From contig NC_013967.1 in NCBI RefSeq assembly GCF_000025685.1, positions 990,001 through 1,022,000 on the forward strand: a DNA stretch of 32,000 nt. Direction: 5' to 3'. This DNA is from Haloferax volcanii DS2 (GTDB lineage: Archaea > Halobacteriota > Halobacteria > Halobacteriales > Haloferacaceae). Shown here one piece after another: positions 16,980 through 24,483 of the stretch (the stretch's first letter is position 1; each line of letters opens with the position of its first letter). Made by a program: the position numbers and the translations under genes. Under the pieces are notes generated by a model, which was given only the letters and a program-made list of their open reading frames with translations, did no database searches and had not been told where the DNA came from.

Positions 16980-17477
16980 ATGACTGAGATTCACCCCGAC
17001 CAACGCGTCGCCATCCTCGCAGACGCGCAGAACCTCTACCACACGGCACAGAGCCTCTACTCGCGGAACATCGACTACTCGTCGCTCCTCCAGAAGGGGA
17101 CGGCGGGCCGCGCGCTCACCCGCGCCATCGCCTACGTCATCCGGGCGGATTCGCCCGACGAGGTGAGCTTTTTCGATGCACTCGTCGACATCGGTTTCGA
17201 GACGAAAATCAAGGATATCAAGACGTTCGGTGACGGCTCGAAGAAGGCCGACTGGGACCTCGGCATCGCGCTCGACGCGGTCAGCCTCGCCGACCACGTG
17301 GACACGGTCGTCCTCTGTTCGGGCGACGGCGACTTCGAACGACTCTGTACGCACCTCCGCCACGAGGGCGTCCGCGTCGAGGTGATGGCGTTCAAGGAGT
17401 CCACCGCCGAGGAACTCGTCGCGGCGGCGGACACGTTCATCGACCTGTCGGAGCGAAAAGAGACGTTCCTGCTGTAA
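16980..17477 (+). CDS. NYN-domain (LabA/DUF88-like) putative ribonuclease
   Basis: 165 aa. The sequence RVAILADAQNLYHTA...DWDLGIALDAV...VVLCSGDGDFERL shows the conserved acidic residues of the PIN-like NYN fold. Confidence 0.85.
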   Translation: MTEIHPDQRVAILADAQNLYHTAQSLYSRNIDYSSLLQKGTAGRALTRAIAYVIRADSPDEVSFFDALVDIGFETKIKDIKTFGDGSKKADWDLGIALDAVSLADHVDTVVLCSGDGDFERLCTHLRHEGVRVEVMAFKESTAEELVAAADTFIDLSERKETFLL

Positions 17478-17486
17478 TTCCGCCGA

Positions 17487-18407
17487 CTACTCGAACTGCG
17501 GAATCGCCGCGTCGCCGTCGATGTCGGGGCCGGCCGTCCCGGTCGGTCCGTCGGTCCCCGCGTCGTGAGCCTCGAAGAAGGCGACCGCGTAGGTGTACTG
17601 GAACGCCGCGAGAATCGTCTGCGTCGCTATCGAGAGGACGGCGATAGCGGCGATTTCCATCGGCGCGAAGCCGACCCCGGCCTGCGCCACCGCCGGGTTC
17701 GCCGCGTCCTGGACCTGCTGGACGCTCTGGAACGACACAAAGAGGATGACGCCCGTGGCGGGGATGCTGACGACGAGACCGACCACGAACCGGATGACGG
17801 AGTAGCCGAGCGTGGGGACGACGTTGTGTCGGACGAGCCGATAGCTCTCGCCGAACGACTCGACGGGGCCCTTGTCGCCGACGACGACCGCGACCGGGTA
17901 GAACTGAATGAGGAAGCTGACGACGAGGTACACCAGTCCGAGGAGGCCCAGGACGGCGATGCCGACCAGGAAGCCGCCGCCGAGGGCGAGATTGGAGACG
18001 TCGCCACCGCTGGCTGCGAGACCGCCGAGACCGAGCGAGACGGCCACGGCGACCACGATGATGACGAACACGATGCCGAAGGCGAGGACGATGCCGAGTT
18101 GGACGAAGTTCGCCAGGAGCACCGAGACGTACTTCTCGCGGCCGACGGCCGTGAGCGTCGACAGCGAGGTCGAGCCACTGCCCCCGCGGCCGACCGCCTC
18201 GTCGGCCATGCCGTAGAGACCGGCGGCGACGAACGGCGTGACGAAGAACGTCACCGCCATGAGGATGGTCGGAACGAACGGTATCTGCGCCAACTGCGTG
18301 GCGAGTTGCGGGAGCGTGATGAGACCCAAGGCGAGACTGCCGAGGAACAACACCGGGTTCGACCGGATGCCTCGGAGGGCGGTCTGGAGGGAGCTAATCG
18401 CAGCCAT
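17487..18407 (-). CDS. polytopic integral membrane protein, function unknown
   Basis: 306 aa with at least six long hydrophobic segments, haloarchaeal codon bias and an acidic soluble C-terminal tail. The antisense ORF 17565..18437 is Arg/Asp/Glu/His-rich and implausible. Confidence 0.75.
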   Translation of the reverse strand: MAAISSLQTALRGIRSNPVLFLGSLALGLITLPQLATQLAQIPFVPTILMAVTFFVTPFVAAGLYGMADEAVGRGGSGSTSLSTLTAVGREKYVSVLLANFVQLGIVLAFGIVFVIIVVAVAVSLGLGGLAASGGDVSNLALGGGFLVGIAVLGLLGLVYLVVSFLIQFYPVAVVVGDKGPVESFGESYRLVRHNVVPTLGYSVIRFVVGLVVSIPATGVILFVSFQSVQQVQDAANPAVAQAGVGFAPMEIAAIAVLSIATQTILAAFQYTYAVAFFEAHDAGTDGPTGTAGPDIDGDAAIPQFE

Positions 18408-18494
18408 AGTTCGACCTGTCGATGCGACAATACGTAAAACGGGAGGGTCGAGACGCCGGCGTAGTCGGGGCGCGGCCGGCCCGCGAGTGGGATA

Positions 18495-18662
18495 TCAGGC
18501 CGTCGGCGTCGCCAGTCGAGCGACGGTCGCAACCGCGCCGAGCGCTGCGATGGCGGCGAGCACCGTCGGGAGCCGCCAGTCGAGCGCCGTCTGCGTGAGA
18601 AGCACGCTGCTCGCGAGCAGCAGCACGGTTCCCACGGCGGCGAGTCGAACGTCCACAGACAT
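18495..18662 (-). CDS. 55-aa two-helix membrane micro-protein (below the ORF-track cutoff)
   Basis: My translation is MSVDVRLAAVGTVLLLASSVLLTQTALDWRLPTVLAAIAALGAVATVARLATPTA*. It has a strong G/C third-position bias. A TAAGTA box is centred ~26 nt upstream of the ATG. It is co-directional with the membrane protein 87 nt downstream. Confidence 0.45.
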   Translation of the reverse strand: MSVDVRLAAVGTVLLLASSVLLTQTALDWRLPTVLAAIAALGAVATVARLATPTA

Positions 18663-18780
18663 ACTCTGAGGGCGGTCAGTCCCGTACTTAGGGCTTTTCG
18701 TCTCGAACGGGTGTGGTAGCTCGGCGCACGCGGTCGGCCGGGACCGCGACCCACTTTAGCCGGCGGGGCAAAGGGCGGGT

Positions 18781-19260
18781 ATGACCGAAGGCCACGCGAC
18801 CGATTTGGACGACCTCCGGGTCGTCGCCGACTACCAGTTCGGGGCCGGTGCGGGCGACGCGCTGTTCCCGGCCGACGCAGACATCGAACTCTCCCGCTCG
18901 CGGAGCGGCCGCCCGCGACAGGTGTACGTCGAGGGCGACCGCGTCACCTCCTACGGCACCGACGGCCGGTTCACCCTCGGCGTCGCCGGCGGCCGCCGCC
19001 TCTACGACGACCTCGACGGCGACGCCTACGTCGTCCGCGTCGGCGACGAGTCGGTTCCGTTCGTCCGCGACGGCAAGAACGCCTTCGCCAAGTTCGTCAC
19101 CGACGCCGACCCGGCGGTTCGCTCGGGCGACGAGGTGTGCGTCGTCGGCCCCGACGGCGACCTGCTGGGCGTCGGTCGCGCGGAACTCTCCGCAGACGCG
19201 ATGCTCGACTTTCAGACGGGGATGGCGGTTCGCGTCCGCGAGGGCGCGGACGAAGAGTGA
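18781..19260 (+). CDS. PUA-domain RNA-binding protein (TgtA C2/PUA-like)
   Basis: 159 aa. The pre-PUA signature is VADYQFGAGAGDALF. The PUA segment is GDEVCVVGPDGDLLGVGRAELSADAM. Confidence 0.8.
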   Translation: MTEGHATDLDDLRVVADYQFGAGAGDALFPADADIELSRSRSGRPRQVYVEGDRVTSYGTDGRFTLGVAGGRRLYDDLDGDAYVVRVGDESVPFVRDGKNAFAKFVTDADPAVRSGDEVCVVGPDGDLLGVGRAELSADAMLDFQTGMAVRVREGADEE

Positions 19261-19490
19261 GGTGAAACCGGGGAACTCGGGCGGTACGTTTCTGTTGGGG
19301 TTCTAGAGAGGTGGGAGAGATGGCGTGCGAGACGTAGAGGGTGAGTTCAGCACGACAAAGAGGCTCTACCCACAGACAACGTTCTAAACCTCTCGTTCAG
19401 TTGGGGTCCGTATCAACTACCGTCTTAGCGTACTGATTTTCGCCCAAATCGGTTCAATAATGTTACCTGATTGGGGAGTCATGATTCTCT

Positions 19491-19643
19491 ATGGCTTCTG
19501 GGCGCTACCCTCGTATCACGGTTACAGAAGGCCCCCAACCCATCAAGAAACCCTTCCAGCTCAGTATGGAGAAGCTACGCGATTTCTCATCCGATGCACC
19601 TGCTCAGATTCGGGGTTCGTTTGAGAATCTTTCCTCTGAAGAG
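19491..19643 (+). pseudogene. 5' fragment (51 codons) of an orphan ORF interrupted by the IS
   Basis: ATG at 19491 preceded by an in-frame TGA. The sequence MASGRYPRITVTEGPQPIKK...SFENLSSEE then runs into the IS terminal repeat. It joins in frame to the 21049..21480 fragment once the IS is removed. Confidence 0.5.
19634..19643. repeat. left target-site duplication CTCTGAAGAG
   Basis: Identical to 21039-21048. Identity actually extends 12 bp (CTCTGAAGAGCA), so the last two bases (CA) are ambiguous between the duplication and the IS end. Confidence 0.7.
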
Positions 19644-21038
19644 CATTGGTGTTCGGTTAAGCACTGGATCGCCTCCTGAAGGCCTCAGCTACTCGTTCGT
19701 TGAGTAAGAGCCGCGATTTCTCTGGTTGGCGGGCGTCACGAAACAGCAGTTCCGACAGGTTCGGCGGTGGATGGCCGAACGACTGGGCCAGATCTTCGAG
19801 CATGAGCTGGGCGAGAGACCGGAAGGTCTTCGCCCAGCGTTCTCGCGGAAACACTGTCTCTGGGAACAGCTCCTGAAACACCCCGAGCAAGGCTCTGCTG
19901 ACCGTCAGCGTCAGCAGAGCCGCCACCACTAACAGCTCCACGATCGCTGGATCACTCGTCTGGAATTTCTCCAGCCCATACAGCGACTTCAGTTCCCGGA
20001 ACACCAACTCCACTTCCCACCGCAACCCGTACAGCGCCCCGACCTGCCTTGGAGTGAACTCATCGGGCAGATTCGTCACGTACAGGTGGTAGTCGTCGGT
20101 GTCCTCGTTGCGGACACCGACGACGCGAAACTCCATCGAATCCGTTGATTCCTTCCCAGCGTATGCCCGCCGTTTGAACTCGATCTCTACCGTTACGTCG
20201 ATGATCTCCCGACTGAGATCTTCCAGAACGTCCCGAAGACGACGCTCTGGCAAGGAAATGGCGCGCCCGCGCCATTTCCGTCGCTCTCCAACGATCAACG
20301 GATTCGCGTTCGACTTCAGCCGACTCAGGAAGAACCCGCCGTTCTCCTCGATCAACGCGAAGCGGCGGAAACTGTAGAAGCCCAGATCGAACAGTAACAG
20401 CCGGCCTCGTAGCCAACTCCCGGTGCGGAGTTGGCTGCTCTCGTGGGTGCGTTCATCGGTGAGCTGGAACTGCTCGATCGTCTGCTTGGTCGCGTTCTGC
20501 ACGAGGTGGAGTTTCGCGCCGGATTGACCCGAGTGAGTGGCTGGAAACGAATCGAGGAGCCGATGCAACCTGAACACGGTTGCATCGGCGATCAGTACGT
20601 CTCGAAACAGCTCGAACTGTGGCGCGATCGTGTGAGGAACCGCGACCTCCTCGAGAGCGTGCTCGAGGAGGTCGTTCAACAGTGCTGCGAGGGCCGGCGT
20701 GAACCGATCGTAGAAGCTTGAGCGGGCAACGGTCTGGTTGGTTGCTGCGGAGTACGCCCGTTGAAAGCCGGCGATAGTTCGGGCTTCGCCGTCGACGGCG
20801 AAGCCCATGATGAGCGTCCAGACGAGCATCGTGATGTCGATTTTCCGGTCACGCTGGACGACATCGCGCTCGCGCGCGATGTCTTCGATTAGCTCGGTGG
20901 GAAACAGGGAAGTCAACCGTCGTCGTATGAGATCCGGGGAGAGTTGGTTTAGCACATTCTCTCCCCACGCGGTCTACAACGATAGCTTCGTCACTAGAGC
21001 GCCGTCTGTCGGTTTCTCCGCTTAACCGAACACGGATG
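19644..21038 (-). mobile_element. IS4-family insertion sequence (~1395 bp), apparently intact
   Basis: The terminal inverted repeats are CATTGGTGTTCGGTTAAGC (19644-19662) and the reverse complement of 21020-21038, CATCCGTGTTCGGTTAAGC (17/19 identical). It has CA...TG termini, a single transposase ORF, flanking direct repeats, and visibly lower GC than the surrounding chromosome. Confidence 0.85.
19657..20955 (-). CDS. IS4-family DDE transposase
   Basis: 432 aa with a GTG start. DDE candidates are LIADATVF, LLLFDLGFYS and YGLRWEVELVFRELK. The last fits the IS4 Y-(2)-R-(3)-E-(6)-K signature exactly. The stop codon lies inside the left terminal repeat. Confidence 0.93.
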   Translation of the reverse strand: MLNQLSPDLIRRRLTSLFPTELIEDIARERDVVQRDRKIDITMLVWTLIMGFAVDGEARTIAGFQRAYSAATNQTVARSSFYDRFTPALAALLNDLLEHALEEVAVPHTIAPQFELFRDVLIADATVFRLHRLLDSFPATHSGQSGAKLHLVQNATKQTIEQFQLTDERTHESSQLRTGSWLRGRLLLFDLGFYSFRRFALIEENGGFFLSRLKSNANPLIVGERRKWRGRAISLPERRLRDVLEDLSREIIDVTVEIEFKRRAYAGKESTDSMEFRVVGVRNEDTDDYHLYVTNLPDEFTPRQVGALYGLRWEVELVFRELKSLYGLEKFQTSDPAIVELLVVAALLTLTVSRALLGVFQELFPETVFPRERWAKTFRSLAQLMLEDLAQSFGHPPPNLSELLFRDARQPEKSRLLLNERVAEAFRRRSSA

Positions 21039-21048
21039 CTCTGAAGAG
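21039..21048. repeat. right target-site duplication CTCTGAAGAG
   Basis: Identical to 19634-19643 and immediately abuts the right IS terminus. Confidence 0.7.
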
Positions 21049-21480
21049 CAAACAGTTGGCTTCGGCTCAATCCAGCCGTACTCCAGTATTTGGAGTGAAG
21101 GCCAAGGATGGCTCGTTCTCATTCCGAGTGACCGTCAGGTACAGAAACTCGCCTTCGGAACAGACGAACAGATTATTCCGGACCGCCCGGTCGATAGTTG
21201 CTGGCAGACGAATCTCGTTCACTTCGTTCTTCCTGACGTGCTTAGATGGCAGTCACTCGATGCGGGGGAGTGCATTCAGACCGATTATACTGTACTGCAT
21301 TATCCGGAGCAGGAGATATTGGAGGCCACGATGGACAAGTGGGTGAGCAATCGGCCCGAAGATATGAGCTGTCTTCCCGCAGGTAAACACCGCTTTACCG
21401 AATCATTTGCGCCGAAAGTTAGAGCGGAGACGACATGGGAAGAGTTTGAGTGGAGGTATACACTCACGATTGAAGAATAG
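21049..21480 (+). pseudogene. 3' fragment (143 codons) of the IS-interrupted orphan ORF
   Basis: The frame of track ORF 21238..21480 is open upstream all the way into the IS end (the last in-frame stop is at 20995-20997), but has no start codon before the GTG at 21238. It reads QTVGFGSIQPYSSIWSEGQGWLVLIPSDRQ...EEFEWRYTLTIEE*. Confidence 0.5.
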
Positions 21481-21598
21481 CTCTCTGTCTACTGATTCGA
21501 ACGGCCGAAGCCCGGCAAGTTCCCATGACCGACTCGCGCTCTATCCAGCACAGCCGCAACAAACAATCACCGGCAGAGAACTTCGACGGAGTCGGTTT

Positions 21599-22627
21599 TC
21601 AGAGGTACGGCGCGAGTCCGAGCGCGGAGACGAGCGGGACGCCGGCGACGACCGAGCCGACGAGGTAGCCGCCGATTGCGCCGCCGTTGAGAAGCGGCAG
21701 GCCGGCGTGCGCCCGCCCCTTCATCACGGCCCACATCAGCCCGCTGAACCCGGCGAAGGTCCCGACCATTGCGAGGAGCGCCGGGAGGTTGAGCGCCGGA
21801 AGCGCACCAAATCCGAGCGACGGCGCTTCCGAGAAGAACGCGCCCGAGGCGACCATCACGGTCGGCATGACCGCGTCGCCGAGGCCGATGAAGAAGGCGT
21901 CGCGGTCGGCGGGGTCGGACTCGTCGGCGTCGTCATTGGCGTCATTGGTCGTCTCAGTTTCCGTATCGGCATCGACCGTCCCAGCCGGTTCGCCCCCGTC
22001 TGTCGCGTTCTCGCCGTCGCCGACCTCGTTGGCGTCGCGGGCGAAGTCGTCGTCGAGAAGCGAGTACGACAGGGTCGTCGGGATGACGAGCACGACCGGG
22101 ATGCGGAGGTCCATCACGCCCTCCGCGAGGTCGAGCATGTGCTTGGTCTTGTAGACGCTGATGGCGTCGTAGACGGCGAGGACCGAAAGGAGCACGATGG
22201 CGGGCAACAGGCCGAAGCTGATGCCGAACAGGGCGGCCGCGCCCGCACCCATGAGCACCCCGGCAGCGTCGATGACGTACCACTCGGGGTAGACGAGGAG
22301 GGCGAGCGCGACGGCCGCCGAGAGGCCGACGGCGACGAGCGCGCTGGGAACGAGCGCGGCGAAGACGTACCACGCGAGCAGGCCGCTCGTGAAGACGATG
22401 ACGAGGCGGATGAGCTGGTCGAGGTCGTACTTGAACGCCGCGAGCATGAACGCGGTCATGGCGATAATCGCGCCGATGTAGAGGAGGCTGTTCGTCGGGT
22501 CGGAGGGGTCTTCGACCGTCTGGTATCCCTGTTCGAAGAACGTCGGCACGAGGGCGAGCGCACCCACCTGCACGACGAGGAAGATGAGGGCGGCGAGGGC
22601 GACCCCCCGATAGGCGCGGCGTGACAT
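21599..22627 (-). CDS. presenilin / signal-peptide-peptidase family (A22) intramembrane aspartyl protease
   Basis: 342 aa, polytopic. It has the catalytic YD (LAVYDAISVY) and GLGD (FFIGLGDAVMP) motifs, a PAL motif (LPALLAMVG), and a long acidic loop between the two catalytic helices. Confidence 0.88.
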   Translation of the reverse strand: MSRRAYRGVALAALIFLVVQVGALALVPTFFEQGYQTVEDPSDPTNSLLYIGAIIAMTAFMLAAFKYDLDQLIRLVIVFTSGLLAWYVFAALVPSALVAVGLSAAVALALLVYPEWYVIDAAGVLMGAGAAALFGISFGLLPAIVLLSVLAVYDAISVYKTKHMLDLAEGVMDLRIPVVLVIPTTLSYSLLDDDFARDANEVGDGENATDGGEPAGTVDADTETETTNDANDDADESDPADRDAFFIGLGDAVMPTVMVASGAFFSEAPSLGFGALPALNLPALLAMVGTFAGFSGLMWAVMKGRAHAGLPLLNGGAIGGYLVGSVVAGVPLVSALGLAPYL

Positions 22628-22675
22628 AGAGGGCCGTTCCCACCCGAGGAGTATGGGGGTTGCGCTCTGGCGTCG

Positions 22676-22900
22676 TCAGCGAGCGTAGAGCTTGCTGCCG
22701 ACGAGGCGGGCGGGCGAGCCGCTGTCGGCCGTGACCGCGACGTAGGGGCGGTCGACCGGGCCGAACACGTCGACGATGCGACCTACCGTCGACAGCGACT
22801 CGTCGAGGACCATGGTTCCGATGTCGGGCGTGTCGTCGTCGTCGAGGCGGACGATAGCGAGCCCCTGCGCCGTTCGGGAGACCGTGCCGATTCGCCGCAT
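22676..22900 (-). CDS. gar1: H/ACA ribonucleoprotein complex subunit Gar1
   Basis: 74 aa: [18 protein letters not shown]...VGRIVDVFGPVDRPYVAV. This is the Gar1 barrel signature. Its start overlaps the srp19 stop (TGATG). Confidence 0.85.
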   Translation of the reverse strand: MRRIGTVSRTAQGLAIVRLDDDDTPDIGTMVLDESLSTVGRIVDVFGPVDRPYVAVTADSGSPARLVGSKLYAR

Positions 22901-23178
22901 CAGTCGCGGAGGATTCCGACGTAGGCGGCGACCGCCTGCACGATGTCGTTTTTCGTGGCGTCGTCGGCGTTGTTCACGAGGACGCGCCCGCGGGTTTCGA
23001 ACTCGCGGGAGTATCGCTTGTCCCGTTCGATGACGGCGTCGTAGCCGACCTGCTGGACGGCCTTCGCAATCTCGTCGACGGTCGGCGCTTCGACCGCCGC
23101 GGACTGGGCGACCCGCCGACCCTCGCTGCGCGAGAGAGAGGCGTCGAGGTAGGCGGGGTAGATGACGTTCTCGACCAT
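22900..23178 (-). CDS. srp19: signal recognition particle 19 kDa protein
   Basis: 92 aa: [23 protein letters not shown]... This is the canonical archaeal SRP19 N-terminus. Confidence 0.85.
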
Positions 23179-23274
23179 ACCCGTGTGTCCGCCACCCGAC
23201 GGTAATACGGTTGTGGTCTCACGGAGCCGAGCGCGTGCGGCGGAGAAACGGAGCCGGCGTGGGTGTCTGTATGG

Positions 23275-24423
23275 TTATCGGCGGCGCGCGAGCAGGAACG
23301 CCGCGCCGATGGCGGCGAGGCTGGCGACGACGCCGAACCCGGGCGCGTCGCTCTCGGTGGTCGAGTCCGACGACTCGGTCGTCGTCGCTTCGGTCGATTC
23401 GGTTTCAGTCGCGTCAGTTGCAGTCGCGTCCGCGGCCGTGGTCGTCTCGGTCGCGCTTTCGGTCGACGCCGTCACCGACTCGGTTTCGAGCTGCTGGTAG
23501 CGCTCGTAGGCGTCGGGGTGGACCGCTTCGAGAATCGCCTCGCTCGCCTCGATGGCTCGCGGGGCGGGCTGTTGGAGCTTGTGCGCCTCGATGACGATGA
23601 CGTTGCCCTCCTGCATCGCCGTCGTGCTGTTGTACGCCGGACTGCTCGGCACGGGCGCGTGGTCGGGGACGACGATGTACTCGGGGTTCATCTCGACGAC
23701 GAGCTCCTCGTTAATCTGGGCGAAGCCGGTGAGGTTCGCCTCCGCCGCGCCGTTTCGCAGCCCCGCAGTCGTCATGATGTCGGAGATGAACGTGCCCGAC
23801 CCGGAGGAGTAGCCGAAAAAGGAGTTGAGGCCGACCGGGCGCTCCGCGCCGTCGAGGGCCTGCTCCATGTTAGCCATCGAGTCGCGCATCTCCGCGGCGC
23901 GCTCGACGCCGGCCTCGCAGTTGCCCGTCATGCGGCCGACGCGCTCGGTCTTGTCGGCGACGGCGGCGAGCGACTCGCCGGACTCGAAGACGACGACCGG
24001 GATGTCCGCCGACCGAAGCTGTGCGATGCGGTCGGGCTCGGCGTTGTACGAGGAGTTCGGCACGAGCACGAGGTCGGGTTCGAGGCCGATGACCGCCTCG
24101 ACGTTGAGGCCGCCGGAGCCGGAGACGTTCCCCTTGTCGGCCGCGCCGTCGAGGTACATGGCGTACTGCGAGACGCCGACGACCTCGTCGCGCGCGCCGA
24201 GTTCCCACATGGTCTGGGCGGCGCTCGGGTTGGTCGTGACGACCCGCTCCGGGTCGTCGGTGATCGTGACCTCGGTCCCCGTCGCATCGGTGACGGTCAC
24301 CGGGAACGTACAGGCCGCGGTCTGCTGCGGTGCCGCCTGACCTACCGCGGCCGCGGCCGGTGCCGGAACCCCGGCGAGAACGGTCGCGAACGCGAGCAGG
24401 GCGACGACGAGTTGTCGGTTCAC
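23275..24423 (-). CDS. ABC importer substrate-binding protein (BtuF/FhuD cluster, corrinoid/iron-chelate type) with a PGF-CTERM anchor
   Basis: 382 aa with a signal peptide MNRQLVVALLAFATVLAG. The periplasmic-binding-protein type 2 core includes PERVVTTNPSAAQTMWELGARDEVVGV and LEPDLVLV. A Thr/Glu/Ser-rich linker is followed by APGFGVVASLAAIGAAFLLARRR. Confidence 0.85.
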   Translation of the reverse strand: MNRQLVVALLAFATVLAGVPAPAAAAVGQAAPQQTAACTFPVTVTDATGTEVTITDDPERVVTTNPSAAQTMWELGARDEVVGVSQYAMYLDGAADKGNVSGSGGLNVEAVIGLEPDLVLVPNSSYNAEPDRIAQLRSADIPVVVFESGESLAAVADKTERVGRMTGNCEAGVERAAEMRDSMANMEQALDGAERPVGLNSFFGYSSGSGTFISDIMTTAGLRNGAAEANLTGFAQINEELVVEMNPEYIVVPDHAPVPSSPAYNSTTAMQEGNVIVIEAHKLQQPAPRAIEASEAILEAVHPDAYERYQQLETESVTASTESATETTTAADATATDATETESTEATTTESSDSTTESDAPGFGVVASLAAIGAAFLLARRR

Positions 24424-24448
24424 GGTAGTGGCCTCAGCGGCTGTTCAA

Positions 24449-24458
24449 TAAATATTTA
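24449..24458. promoter_or_regulatory. perfectly palindromic TATA element TAAATATTTA shared by the divergent btuF-like and btuC-like genes
   Basis: A 10-bp perfect palindrome in a 60-bp divergent spacer. Its centre (24453.5) is exactly 30.5 nt from both start codons (24423 on the minus strand, 24484 on the plus strand). Confidence 0.5.
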
Positions 24459-24483
24459 CCTACTGAAAGCGCGGTTGTGCCCA

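Noticed and set aside
19634-19645. Interpreting the full 12-bp direct repeat CTCTGAAGAGCA as the target duplication (IS = 19646-21038)
   Set aside because: With a 12-bp duplication the terminal inverted repeats would be out of register by 2 nt. Assigning the final CA to the IS gives aligned 19-bp repeats and CA...TG termini. The 2-bp ambiguity cannot be resolved from one copy. The repeat is itself nearly palindromic with GCTCT..AGAGC, which also produced a spurious longer 'GAGCAT' inverted-repeat parse.
19471-19707. 78-aa plus-strand ORF in another frame across the left IS junction
   Set aside because: It runs through the IS terminal repeat and the transposase 3' end. It does not reconnect to any open frame on the right side of the IS.
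21067-21228. ~50-aa minus-strand ORF (V/M)NEIRLPATIDRAVRNNLFVCSEGEFLYLTVTRNENEPSLAFTPNTGVRLD*, just right of the IS
   Set aside because: It has no ATG and only an internal GTG. It lies antisense to a 143-codon open frame that joins perfectly to the ORF left of the IS. I judged the plus-strand reading the better explanation. The minus ORF cannot be fully excluded.
23263-24483. N-terminal 407 aa of track ORF 23263..25578, and the 24477..25574 part of ORF 24477..27005
   Set aside because: The first is antisense to the binding-protein gene, and the permease starts at the internal ATG 24484. The second is an alternative frame of the permease gene, and the ATPase starts at the GTG at 25575, which overlaps the permease stop.
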